Origin: Muribaculaceae bacterium | Lineage (GTDB): Bacteria; Bacteroidota; Bacteroidia; Bacteroidales; Muribaculaceae | Direction: 5' to 3' | Assembly (NCBI GenBank): GCA_017483645.1 | Contig: JAFUWD010000054.1 | Location: 1,627-65,626, forward strand | Length of the DNA: 64,000 bases | Part shown: positions 21,693 through 30,570 of the stretch, one piece after another | Position numbering within the stretch: position 1 is the stretch's first letter | How the letters are laid out: each line of letters begins with the position of its first letter | Made by a program: the position numbers and the translations under genes | The notes under the pieces: model-generated | The model's input: the letters and a program-made list of their open reading frames with translations, nothing else | Database searches by the model: none | Told to the model about the DNA's origin: nothing

Positions 21693-22515
21693 AGTGTATG
21701 GCTGCCGGTTTGGTGACCTGCCATTGTCCCTTCTCGTAGGCGGCTTCGCCATCGTGGTCGGTGACAATGCGTGTGAATCCCGCCGATAGCTGGATGTTCT
21801 GGCCTGTGCAGGCTCGTGTGAGGTTCTCGGTGGGCATCATCAGCGCAAAGCGGTGCACATCGCGGTTATCCATCACGCAGAATGTGCCGCGGCGTCCGTC
21901 GCGGCTGGTGAGGACAAAAATGGAATTGCCTGGCTCAAAGGCGTTGCTCGCCCGCAGGAACCGACCATTTTCATCGGTGCGCGACAGATAGAAAGTGGTG
22001 GGCGAGGTTGCCTGGGTCTGTGTTTGCTCGTGGTGCTGTGCCGGTGCGCTGACGGTGATGGGTGCCACAGCCTCGGCTTGGTGAGCGGGGTGGCTTTCGG
22101 CTTTTACCGCTTTGAGCCTTGTAGCCGTTTCTCGTGCCAATTTTTCCAAATTTCGTGTGGTGACGTCGGCATGGTCGGCAACGGTTTGTTTGAGTGCTTT
22201 TATCTCGCGCCTGTTGAGTAGGGTCATCACCACGGCTGTGCCGGCCAGCGCCAGCAGGGCAATGTTGATGAGCCATTGCCATCCCGCGGCGCGCCGTGGG
22301 TTATCTTCGGGCAGGGGCTGCGTTGAGAGTGTGGCGCTGTCGGTGAGGGTGATGGCCTCTGCCGCCGGCAGTTCGGCCACCGTGGTGGCAGAGGTGTCGG
22401 AAGCAAGGTTTTGCTCCATCTTCAAGTCAGCGCTGTCGACCATCTGGTTCTGAGCGGTTGCTTGGCCGACTGCTAAAGCCAAAGCGGCGCAAAAGATGAG
22501 AAAATATCGGTTCAT
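21685..22515 (-). CDS. Single-pass membrane protein with coiled coil and C-terminal beta domain
   Basis: Signal peptide, short Thr/Ala-rich region, TM WLINIALLALAGTAVVMTLL, heptad segment, linker, globular tail. Confidence 0.75.
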   Translation of the reverse strand: MNRYFLIFCAALALAVGQATAQNQMVDSADLKMEQNLASDTSATTVAELPAAEAITLTDSATLSTQPLPEDNPRRAAGWQWLINIALLALAGTAVVMTLLNRREIKALKQTVADHADVTTRNLEKLARETATRLKAVKAESHPAHQAEAVAPITVSAPAQHHEQTQTQATSPTTFYLSRTDENGRFLRASNAFEPGNSIFVLTSRDGRRGTFCVMDNRDVHRFALMMPTENLTRACTGQNIQLSAGFTRIVTDHDGEAAYEKGQWQVTKPAAIHYE

Positions 22516-22525
22516 GATGTTCTTG

Positions 22526-25500
22526 TTATCCGTTGTAATGTGAAATCACGTCGTTCGACAGGTTTTTGAGCAAATTGTGTCGGATAGTGCCGATGATGGG
22601 GTAGAAGAACGGCACATCCTCAATCACATCGTTGCCCTCATAGCGTCCTTGCAAGAAGCTGACGATGCCCGCGCTCAGGAAGTTGGCAATGCCTTCGTTG
22701 ACCACATCGCTGAAGATGCGGAACACGTTGTTGTCGATGCCGAACTCGTCGCGCATCACCTTGTCGCACAGGTTCATGAAGAAGTCGTTGAACTCCCTCA
22801 CTTGCTGCACGATGCGTTGGCGTGTCTCGATTTGGTTCACCGAGTCGAAGGTGAGACTCTCGTTACCAATCATCGAATGGCAGTACTTGATGGCATTGAT
22901 GTTGCGTGCCGTGTAAGCCGCCGTTTCAGTTTTTCCTTCCAGTCGCTGATTTTCGAGTTTGATGCCGCCTCGGCAAGTGATTTGCTTGGGGCACTCGTTC
23001 TCAATCTTGATCTCAAAGCGCTCGGTGTAGGTCTTGCCAAAAACTCGCTCCACAATAGCCTGGGTGAACTCGTTGATTTGCTCGCGGCTGCCCAAGATGT
23101 TGAGAATTTTCGAGCCGGTGCCGCTGAAGTAGATTTGCTTGGGCATCTCGAAATTGCGGGCTCGCATGGCGCTGGCTATGTAATAGATGATGGCGGCGTA
23201 GAAGTAGAGGAAGATGAGCTTGCGCTGACCATCGTTGCGCAGTAGGGCGTTGTAGCTGTATAGGTTGCGGTCGATGATGCGCAGGTTTCTCAGCTCCTCA
23301 ACATTCTCAATCGAGAAGAGGAACGCATTGATGTCCTCGCTGCGTTTTTGCTTCATGATGTCGTGCATGATGCTGTTCAGGTAGCCGATGTTGTTGCCCT
23401 TGTCATTGCCGATGAGCCGTGCAAAATACTTGGTGTAGTGCTGCAGCAGCGGGTTGTTGTCGGCATCTTTGTCGCCAAAGGCATCACCGAAGATGGCATT
23501 GCCCGCAAAGCGGAACGACGAGATGGCCACGGGCACCGAATGGAGGCGGTCGGGGGTGGGTTGATAAATCACGGTGTCGGACGTGCCACCGCCGATGTCG
23601 ATGGAAACATAGCTGCTTCCGGCCACTTCGGCCCCGCTATAGTAGAAGGCCGGTGCTATCGACTCGGGGTAGGAGTGTAGGTTTTGCAAATCGCCTCCCA
23701 TATAGGTGTTGAACAGCTCTTCCCAGGCGTCTTTGAGCTGGCGGCGGTCGTTGCCTCCCATGCTCACAGGGAAGAAGTAGATGACCTCGGTGCGCCGCAA
23801 GTCGGCATTTTCAAGCAGAGCCTTGGCCTTGATAAGCAGCATGATTTCGCGCAGGAATTCCTTGGCCAGCACCGAGTTGCCCATCCATTTGAGGTTGGTG
23901 GTCACATCGTAGCCATAAAAATACTGCCGCTCATAGAGGAAAGGTATGTTCAGGTCGTGGAACAGCTTGGAGCCGACGGCGCTGTTGGCGTTGGCTGCCA
24001 GTGCTGAGCGCAGCGGGAAACCATAAACATTGTTGATTTCGCGTGGCAGAAATTCCACACGTTGCACTTGCTCGGCATAGTCGAGCGTGCCGGGCTTGTG
24101 CAGCGATGCGATGAGCACCTGCTGCTCGCCGTAGGCAAAGGTGACCGGCTGGCTGGGATGCCCTTTCTCGGCCCACTCCACATGGGTGTTGGTGGTGCCG
24201 AAGTCCACTGCGAATATCAGTTCCTTGGCGCTCGGGGCATAGGGCTTCCACAATGGCACAATCATGCCGTTGAAAGTTCCATAGGCATTGCGCACGGTGG
24301 CCTGTGCCATGTCGAAACTGCCGTTGATGTCGTAATAAGTGGTGGTGAACCCTGAGCGGCTGCGCACTTTGTGCGACTCGGTGATGCCGTCGGTGTTCAT
24401 GCCATTGGCGTAAAAACGCAGCTCGCCGCCGCCGTCCTCTATCATGGTGAAGAGTTGCACGGTGTAATCATCGTTGATGCCGGTTCGCACAAAGGGGAAG
24501 ACAGCCGTCGACAGCGGGGCATCCATCACCCGCCCTGTGCCGCGATGCTCGTCGAAGGTCCAGGTGTGGTCGGCAATGGTGACGTATTTTCGGGTGAACT
24601 CGATGAAGCGATTGGTTTTCTTCACGCGCACTCGCAGCGTGACCGAAACGCTGCCATCGGGCCATTCCTCAATCTCAACCACATGCCTGCCGGCAATGGT
24701 TCCCGTGAGGTAATCGACCGAGAAATAGTTGAAAAACTCGGGCTTTAGCGGTAGCAGATAGCCGTGCTGTGGCTGCGGGTCGCGGCTGCGCAGGTTGCCG
24801 TCGAAGAAGTGGGCATTGTCGATGGCGCAGTTCAAGCGCACGATGGTGTCGTGCAGAAAGTCGTGGGTGGTGAGGAAGGGATACTGCGTGCTGGTGTCGG
24901 GCAGGATGCGCTGCGACAGGGGCACGCCGTCGGCCCACACCTGCGTGGCGCTGTCCCATTCCTTGTCCACATAGCGGAAGTGGTCTACCGAGCCGTTGAA
25001 GCCTCCCGCCAGCACCAGCGGCAACTCTGTGCCGGCAGGCTGTGGCAGGTCGGGGGCAATCACAAAGTCGCTGGCCGCTGCCGCGGTTCGGATGTCGGTG
25101 GCCCGCTTGTGGTAGAGTCGTGCCCCCAAAATGTTCACATCCACACCGCCGCCAAAGGGGTCGTAGCGCTGCTCAAGCTGTTCGAGCACTGCGGCCGCCC
25201 GCTCACGGTCCAGCGCTCCCAGATTGGGGATGACTTCGGTGATTCGGCGATATAGTTCGGGCTTGTGCAGGCGGATGTGGTCTACGTTGGCCATCATGTA
25301 GGCGTACACGTCGCCCACATGCTCGCGCAGCGAGGGGTAGGCGTTGAAAAGCAGGTAGAGGTAGAACACAAAGTCGTCATCGCGTTGCCACAGGGGGCGC
25401 AGTGTGGAGAACAATGCCACACCTTGTTCCACCTTGATGTCATCGATGGCGCTCGCAGCCGGTGCGGCCATCACCAGCGACGACGGCGATGTGCCACCCA

Positions 25501-25963
25501 GCACGCGGCCGCCCCACAAAATGATGTACCAATCGGTGAGTAAGTCGAAATTATAGATGCGGTCGCTGTGCAGGAACAGGTCGAGCGTTTCGCCATAGAG
25601 CCGGTGCTTGGGGTCGGCCTTGAGACGTGCAATCTCCTCGTCGCGGTTCCAGCACACGATGCGCAGCATGTTTTTATGGTTTTCGAAATCGAAGAACAAC
25701 TGTGCCACATCCAAGGCATTCGACACCAGCCGCTCGTTCATCTTGGCGCCCCGCAGCTGCGGGTTGGCTAGATTGCGGAATGCGTTCTTCACCAAATCTA
25801 ATTGGGCAAACGGACTGGGAATGGCTGTGCGCGGATTCTCGGCAAGGCCGCCGTCGGGATCCTTGATTTGGGCGATGTCATCGTCGGTGTACGGTTCTAC
25901 GGGAATCCAATCTTCCTCGCCATTCTTCGTCGTCTTGTTGCTATAGGATAGTATGTTGCTCAT
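22526..25963 (-). CDS. 1145-aa protein with C-terminal actin/Hsp70-fold ATPase (SrfB/FtsA-like) and a large uncharacterised N-terminus
   Basis: Phosphate-1 AVDFGTTNT, connect-1 PESIAP, phosphate-2 IDIGGGTSD, adenosine FSGTGS; N-terminal AIPSPFA motif. Confidence 0.85.
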   Translation of the reverse strand: MSNILSYSNKTTKNGEEDWIPVEPYTDDDIAQIKDPDGGLAENPRTAIPSPFAQLDLVKNAFRNLANPQLRGAKMNERLVSNALDVAQLFFDFENHKNMLRIVCWNRDEEIARLKADPKHRLYGETLDLFLHSDRIYNFDLLTDWYIILWGGRVLGGTSPSSLVMAAPAASAIDDIKVEQGVALFSTLRPLWQRDDDFVFYLYLLFNAYPSLREHVGDVYAYMMANVDHIRLHKPELYRRITEVIPNLGALDRERAAAVLEQLEQRYDPFGGGVDVNILGARLYHKRATDIRTAAAASDFVIAPDLPQPAGTELPLVLAGGFNGSVDHFRYVDKEWDSATQVWADGVPLSQRILPDTSTQYPFLTTHDFLHDTIVRLNCAIDNAHFFDGNLRSRDPQPQHGYLLPLKPEFFNYFSVDYLTGTIAGRHVVEIEEWPDGSVSVTLRVRVKKTNRFIEFTRKYVTIADHTWTFDEHRGTGRVMDAPLSTAVFPFVRTGINDDYTVQLFTMIEDGGGELRFYANGMNTDGITESHKVRSRSGFTTTYYDINGSFDMAQATVRNAYGTFNGMIVPLWKPYAPSAKELIFAVDFGTTNTHVEWAEKGHPSQPVTFAYGEQQVLIASLHKPGTLDYAEQVQRVEFLPREINNVYGFPLRSALAANANSAVGSKLFHDLNIPFLYERQYFYGYDVTTNLKWMGNSVLAKEFLREIMLLIKAKALLENADLRRTEVIYFFPVSMGGNDRRQLKDAWEELFNTYMGGDLQNLHSYPESIAPAFYYSGAEVAGSSYVSIDIGGGTSDTVIYQPTPDRLHSVPVAISSFRFAGNAIFGDAFGDKDADNNPLLQHYTKYFARLIGNDKGNNIGYLNSIMHDIMKQKRSEDINAFLFSIENVEELRNLRIIDRNLYSYNALLRNDGQRKLIFLYFYAAIIYYIASAMRARNFEMPKQIYFSGTGSKILNILGSREQINEFTQAIVERVFGKTYTERFEIKIENECPKQITCRGGIKLENQRLEGKTETAAYTARNINAIKYCHSMIGNESLTFDSVNQIETRQRIVQQVREFNDFFMNLCDKVMRDEFGIDNNVFRIFSDVVNEGIANFLSAGIVSFLQGRYEGNDVIEDVPFFYPIIGTIRHNLLKNLSNDVISHYNG

Positions 25964-25980
25964 AATGTTGGATTGTTCTT

Positions 25981-27504
25981 TCAGTTGATGTTTTCATAGC
26001 GTTCGTCGATGATTTTGGTGGCGGCTTGCCAGAAGAGGTCGAGCAGCTTGTATTCGACAGTGGCGGCGCTGTACTTGGGGTTGTCGCGGCTGATGCGGTT
26101 CATCTCGGCCTTGAACACGTTGTTGTCCACGTTTTTGTGGCCGAGCAACCCTTTGCGCGTCCCCACGTCGGCGATGGCGCGGTTCATATCGTTCTCGCCA
26201 ATGTTGAACAGCCCCACCGAGCGGGTGTTGTCGTACATCTCCACGAGCCAATCGGTGTAGCCGTGCAGGAACTGGTCGGTGAGAGTGCGGTAGAACTGTG
26301 AGGCGGTGAAGTCGCTCTTGATTTTGGGTGCGTCCTCGGTGAATCCTTGCCCAATCATGTCGCGGAATCCGGTGCGCAGGTACAGGAACAGCAGGTGGAA
26401 GCGCACCATAGGCTTATAGATGAGTTGTCGGGTGCGAGCTCCCAGCGCCAGGAAATTGACGTTGAGCACATCTTTGTCGAGGGCAAACTCGTAGGCCGTG
26501 GTGGGCAACGGGTAGCCGTCGGGGTCGCTCAGGCGGCTCAGCGGCATGCCGGCAAACTGCAGCGGTGCCATGGCCCCCACGAGTTCCACGAGGTGGGCGT
26601 TGTTGCGCTGCCCGTGCTCGCCCGGGTCGTAGAGGTAGGGATTGGAGCGCACTTGGTCGCCCACATAGAAAATGGTGTTCACATTGCTGTCGTTGGCGCC
26701 GGTGAGGGTGCCCTTGTAGTAATAGAGCGCGCTCTGAGTTTTCACAATGAAGTCGCTGGTGGCGATGCGCGTGTCGTCCTTGCTGCCCTCCAGGTTGAAG
26801 TAAGGCAGCACGGTGAGTCCGCCGATGGGGGCGCGGCTCAGAGCATCACGGTTCTCAATGCCCTCGAGGTTGGCCGCCTGACGGATGTTCTTCACCATGA
26901 TGGGGAATCCTGCGGCTCCCGTTCCGCCGAAGATGGAGCTGATGAAGAAGATGCGGTCGCCCTGTTTGAAGACGTTGGAGAACGCTTTAAACTCATTGCT
27001 GTCCTTGATTTCGTTCAAGGCCACACTACCAATATTGGGCGACCCCACGAAGCCGATGTTCATGTGGTTCTCGAGTTGGTAATCGGCAAAGAGCAGCGAG
27101 GTGAGGGCTTGGTTGGCCTCGTTCATGGTGGCATGGCCGATGAACTCGCGGAACTTATCGTGTTCCACAGCCGCAAGGTTGAAAATGAACGTGTCGTTAA
27201 GCGTTACGCTGGTGTTGCTCATGATTTCGCGCAGCGTGACGATGCGGTTGGCAAAAAAGCCGTCCACGTTCAGCTGGTTGCCGTAGAGCCTGTTGCGGAT
27301 AATCCGGTAGTCGTTGAGCAGCGCCTCGGTGCGTTTGAGGTCTTCGTTGCTCTTGTGCGGGTCGATGATGACGGGCACAATTTCCAGGTCGCTGACGGGC
27401 CGTCCGTTCTCGTCGAGCGGCTTCACACCCGCTGCCGAGAGCATGATGAGCGACTTGAGTACGCGGCTTCCTGTGCCGCCTATGGCGAATAAAAACAATC
27501 TCAT
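25981..27504 (-). CDS. Divergent FtsZ/tubulin-superfamily GTPase (Tubulin_2 / FtsZ-like)
   Basis: AIGGTGSRV (T1), IIDP, GFVGSPNIG (T3), SIFGGTGAAG (T4 signature), VLPYF (T5); helical C-terminal domain. Confidence 0.85.
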   Translation of the reverse strand: MRLFLFAIGGTGSRVLKSLIMLSAAGVKPLDENGRPVSDLEIVPVIIDPHKSNEDLKRTEALLNDYRIIRNRLYGNQLNVDGFFANRIVTLREIMSNTSVTLNDTFIFNLAAVEHDKFREFIGHATMNEANQALTSLLFADYQLENHMNIGFVGSPNIGSVALNEIKDSNEFKAFSNVFKQGDRIFFISSIFGGTGAAGFPIMVKNIRQAANLEGIENRDALSRAPIGGLTVLPYFNLEGSKDDTRIATSDFIVKTQSALYYYKGTLTGANDSNVNTIFYVGDQVRSNPYLYDPGEHGQRNNAHLVELVGAMAPLQFAGMPLSRLSDPDGYPLPTTAYEFALDKDVLNVNFLALGARTRQLIYKPMVRFHLLFLYLRTGFRDMIGQGFTEDAPKIKSDFTASQFYRTLTDQFLHGYTDWLVEMYDNTRSVGLFNIGENDMNRAIADVGTRKGLLGHKNVDNNVFKAEMNRISRDNPKYSAATVEYKLLDLFWQAATKIIDERYENIN

Positions 27505-27532
27505 GGATGTGTGATGTTAAGTTATCGGGTTG

Positions 27533-27988
27533 TTATTGTGGGAAGGGTGTGTGGCGACAGTTGCTGCTCCACCAGCGCATGGAGAACGACGCGATGACAA
27601 ACAGCAAGGGTGCCCATAGCAGGTTCTGAAGCTGGAAAACGATGCTCTCGCCGATGTAGCCCAGTCCGGCACTGGCAAAGACGGCATCGTTGTAAGTGTA
27701 GCAGGCAATGGGCACAAGCAGGGTGACGATGGCGCACACTGCCAGCCAATGATACCAGCGGTCGAACTTCACCGAATTGATGGCGTAGTAATAAATGGCT
27801 GCGGCGCCCCATGTGATGGCGATGGTGATAAGTGCCATGGTGGGGTACATGTTGTGATTGTAAAGTGCGTCGTTGAAGCCCTGGCTGTAATAGAGCCGTT
27901 CGTAGATGTTGAACGCCGAGCCGGTGGCCAGCACGAAAAACACAACGGTGAGAACGATGCCCGTGATGAGATAGACCAAATGTTTCAT
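27533..27988 (-). CDS. Four-TM membrane protein of unknown function
   Basis: Four hydrophobic segments; polar tail RWWSSNCRHTPF; short gaps to both neighbours. Confidence 0.8.
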   Translation of the reverse strand: MKHLVYLITGIVLTVVFFVLATGSAFNIYERLYYSQGFNDALYNHNMYPTMALITIAITWGAAAIYYYAINSVKFDRWYHWLAVCAIVTLLVPIACYTYNDAVFASAGLGYIGESIVFQLQNLLWAPLLFVIASFSMRWWSSNCRHTPFPQ

Positions 27989-28006
27989 ATCATGAAAGTT
28001 GTGAAG

Positions 28007-29455
28007 TTAGTTTTCGAGATTCAGGGTGATGGAAAAATAGTTCCCTCCGGCGTTGAACGCATCGTAGATGCCTTGCAGAAATGGCTTCAGCCCCAGTGTG
28101 GTGGTGGCGAAAGAGGGTGCGGCGGTGTTGGTGTCGTCGGTGGCGGTGCTTTGCGCTATCCAGGCCGGCAGCTCGTTGCGCAGTGCCAGTTCTATTTTGT
28201 CGCGCGGTCCCTTGTATTTTCCGGTGAAGGTGAGCAGGTGGGTGCGGCCTTCCAGGTAGGCCTTGTTGTTGCCTGTGATCATGTCGTGGGTGATGGGCTT
28301 CACAGTAAGGGTGAAGCCGGTGAGCGACTGCATAGTGTAGTTGGCTGGGTTGCACAGGGTGGCCTCGTCCTTGTGCAGTGTGGAAAGGTCCACTGCCATG
28401 CTCATGCACAGCACGCCCGTGTTGCGGTCGGGCTGGCAGTTGGTGAGTGTGCCCTGCTTGCCGTGGGCCACGCGGAATCGCCCGGCGTTGTCGCGCCAGT
28501 CGGGCACGATGGCATAATCCACTTGTGTTCCGCCTTGATTGAAACGGTAGCTGTTGCGCACGCCGCTCAGGTTCATGAAATTCTTGAAGTCGGGGCTTGC
28601 CGCCATGGCATCCATCACTTTGGTGTCAGCAATGATGATGATGTAGAACGGCCGCTGTCCGTGGTATTTAACGGCTGCGTTGTTGTAGGGGTAGTACATG
28701 CCGTGGTAGTCGCCCATGAGCTGGTTCACGATGATGCTCTTGCCCTTGTAGTTCTTGAAGATGCTTGTGGCCAGGCTGTTCTCCTCGTTGAAAATTTTGT
28801 CGATGCTCACATTTTTGGTGTCGGCCGGCGAATAAATCAGGTCGGTCACCAGCACGCTCACGTTGCCTGGGCCTTGCGCCTTGAGGATGGCGTTGAAGAT
28901 GCGCTGGAAGTCGGTGTATCCGGCATTGCCCGTTCCCGCGGTGGTGGCATAAATGTTTCGGTCCTGCAAGAACGAGTCGACGGTGCCCTGATAAGGGTAG
29001 ATGTTGTCGTTCACAATGCTGATGGCCACATGGCCGGCGTCGTGTGAGGGGAAGAAGTTGATCAGGTCGTTGACAGCCTTTTTGAGCTGGCCGCGTCCGT
29101 CGGGTGTGTCGTAGGGCACCATCGATCCGCTCCGCTCAAAGTAGATGGAGAGCGATAGCTGCCGCATGCCGTAGGTCGCAATGTTCCAGTGCATGGGTGG
29201 CCGCAGTGAGCCGCCCACTTCGTCGGCCAGGCTGGCCAGGGCCGCGTAGTTGATTTCGCCGTCGGGCATGAGGTATTGGGCGTAGCGGTCTTTGCCGGCC
29301 TTTATCATTGTTGCGATAGAATCGAAGCGTGCCTGTGTTGTGTCGTTTTGCAGCATGGCATCACGCACGGCTTTTTCCACGGGATTGCCGCCGCACGCTG
29401 TCAGCGTCAAGACGATTCCTGTAGCCGCCACAAGCCATATCAATAGTTTTCTCAT
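28007..29455 (-). CDS. Lipoprotein with a vWA-like domain and C-terminal beta domain
   Basis: Lipobox LTAC; MIDAS-like IYFERSGSM, YTDFQRIF, VLVTDLIYS. Confidence 0.75.
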   Translation of the reverse strand: MRKLLIWLVAATGIVLTLTACGGNPVEKAVRDAMLQNDTTQARFDSIATMIKAGKDRYAQYLMPDGEINYAALASLADEVGGSLRPPMHWNIATYGMRQLSLSIYFERSGSMVPYDTPDGRGQLKKAVNDLINFFPSHDAGHVAISIVNDNIYPYQGTVDSFLQDRNIYATTAGTGNAGYTDFQRIFNAILKAQGPGNVSVLVTDLIYSPADTKNVSIDKIFNEENSLATSIFKNYKGKSIIVNQLMGDYHGMYYPYNNAAVKYHGQRPFYIIIIADTKVMDAMAASPDFKNFMNLSGVRNSYRFNQGGTQVDYAIVPDWRDNAGRFRVAHGKQGTLTNCQPDRNTGVLCMSMAVDLSTLHKDEATLCNPANYTMQSLTGFTLTVKPITHDMITGNNKAYLEGRTHLLTFTGKYKGPRDKIELALRNELPAWIAQSTATDDTNTAAPSFATTTLGLKPFLQGIYDAFNAGGNYFSITLNLEN

Positions 29456-29489
29456 TCTGGTTTCTTCTGATGGTTTGTACTTTAAATGG

Positions 29490-29497
29490 CAAAGTTA
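29490..29497 (-). promoter_or_regulatory. -7 element (TAACTTTG) of the tubulin/actin operon
   Basis: TAnnTTTG about 35 bp upstream of ATG 29455, overlapped by a GTTACA-N8-TGTAAC palindrome. Confidence 0.6.
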
Positions 29498-29654
29498 CAC
29501 AATTTGATGTAACGAGCATTGCAAAAGTTGCACCAAACGCCCCTCCGTTTTCGTTAAAAAACGTAAATATCGCGGTAAAAGGCATAGTTTTTGTTTTTTT
29601 GGCTCAAAAAATGTATATTTGCAAAAGTGTGTAATACCTCAAAAAGAGACAACC

Positions 29655-30401
29655 ATGAGAACAATTGTTGTTTGTGCAGTTTTGTTGCTGGCAGGTGTGA
29701 TTTCTGCCCAAGCCGAGGGTGTTTATCCCGACAGTGTGCTGTGCGAGGACTACGGCATCGTCAACTACAAGGGTAAGGCTCCGTCAATAGTGGATTTTGT
29801 CACCGCCCTGCAGGATCCCGAGGAGCACCCTGAGTTTTGGGGCGAGTTCTATGATGCGTGGCATCGCTATTTGCGTGGTCGCTCGCCCCGGCGTTACGAG
29901 CGGCTGACTGTGGATCGCCAACACGGCTATGTGTTCTACGACCGTCATTACCAAGACGACGACATGGACAGTCGTGGGTGCTTGGAATATTGCTACTGGA
30001 ATTGCGCCGACGGCAAGCACAAGATTGTGGCCGAGAGTTTGTATTTTCTGTATAATGGCAGAGCCAGTGCTGGACAGTATGATGGCGTGCAGTTTTTCTT
30101 GTACGACAATGATACCCATGTCATGAAGCGCCTGCTTCCCGAGGGGTTGGGAATAGATACGTCGTGGGGTGTGACGTGGGACTACAACGACGATAATACG
30201 GTCACCCTCTACGACCTTGATGCCTCGCAGCCCCGATTGATGCCTCGCGCCGATTTTGATGAATGGCTCATGACGAGCCCTTACGCCGTTTACCACCTGC
30301 CCCGGGAAGGCAAAGACATCAACGTGACCATCTACACCGCTGGCGGCCAAGAGCAGCGCCGCCTGGTGTGGGATGGATGGAAGTTTACGGTGGCTCGCTG
30401 A
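29655..30401 (+). CDS. Secreted hypothetical protein
   Basis: Signal peptide (AQA), VDRQHGY...CYWNCADGKHKIVA, LPREGKDI and terminal WDGWKF motifs. Confidence 0.7.
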   Translation: MRTIVVCAVLLLAGVISAQAEGVYPDSVLCEDYGIVNYKGKAPSIVDFVTALQDPEEHPEFWGEFYDAWHRYLRGRSPRRYERLTVDRQHGYVFYDRHYQDDDMDSRGCLEYCYWNCADGKHKIVAESLYFLYNGRASAGQYDGVQFFLYDNDTHVMKRLLPEGLGIDTSWGVTWDYNDDNTVTLYDLDASQPRLMPRADFDEWLMTSPYAVYHLPREGKDINVTIYTAGGQEQRRLVWDGWKFTVAR

Positions 30402-30471
30402 GGAGAATATGTTAAAAAAATATAAAAATTTAATTTCTTTGCGTCGTTAAGATACGTCGCAAGCCCCACAA

Positions 30472-30503
30472 TTTGCACAAATTGAGCGAAATTGCTATCT
30501 TTG
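30472..30503 (+). promoter_or_regulatory. Sigma-A promoter of rimP-nusA-infB
   Basis: TTTG 30472-30475, N20, TATCTTTG 30496-30503. Confidence 0.75.
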
Positions 30504-30517
30504 CAGCGCATTCGTGA

Positions 30518-30546
30518 GAGGGGGCATCAGCTTCCTCGTTTTTATT
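30518..30546 (+). terminator. rimP leader attenuator hairpin
   Basis: GAGGGGGC-ATCA-GCTTCCTC stem (2 G-U pairs) followed by GTTTTTATT, between the promoter and rimP. Confidence 0.65.
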
Positions 30547-30570
30547 ATAAACCGACCAAAGAGGCAAGTG

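Noticed and set aside
22526-27504. Calling the pair canonical ftsA/ftsZ or dnaK
   Set aside because: Sizes, signature variants, missing substrate-binding domain and FtsZ tail, and absence of dcw context do not fit
29518-29533. ATTGCAAAAGTTGCAC upstream of the tubulin operon, resembling the repeat at 1031-1066
   Set aside because: Single copy with different spacing, and TTGCA is common in Bacteroidetes promoters; shared regulation is not supportable
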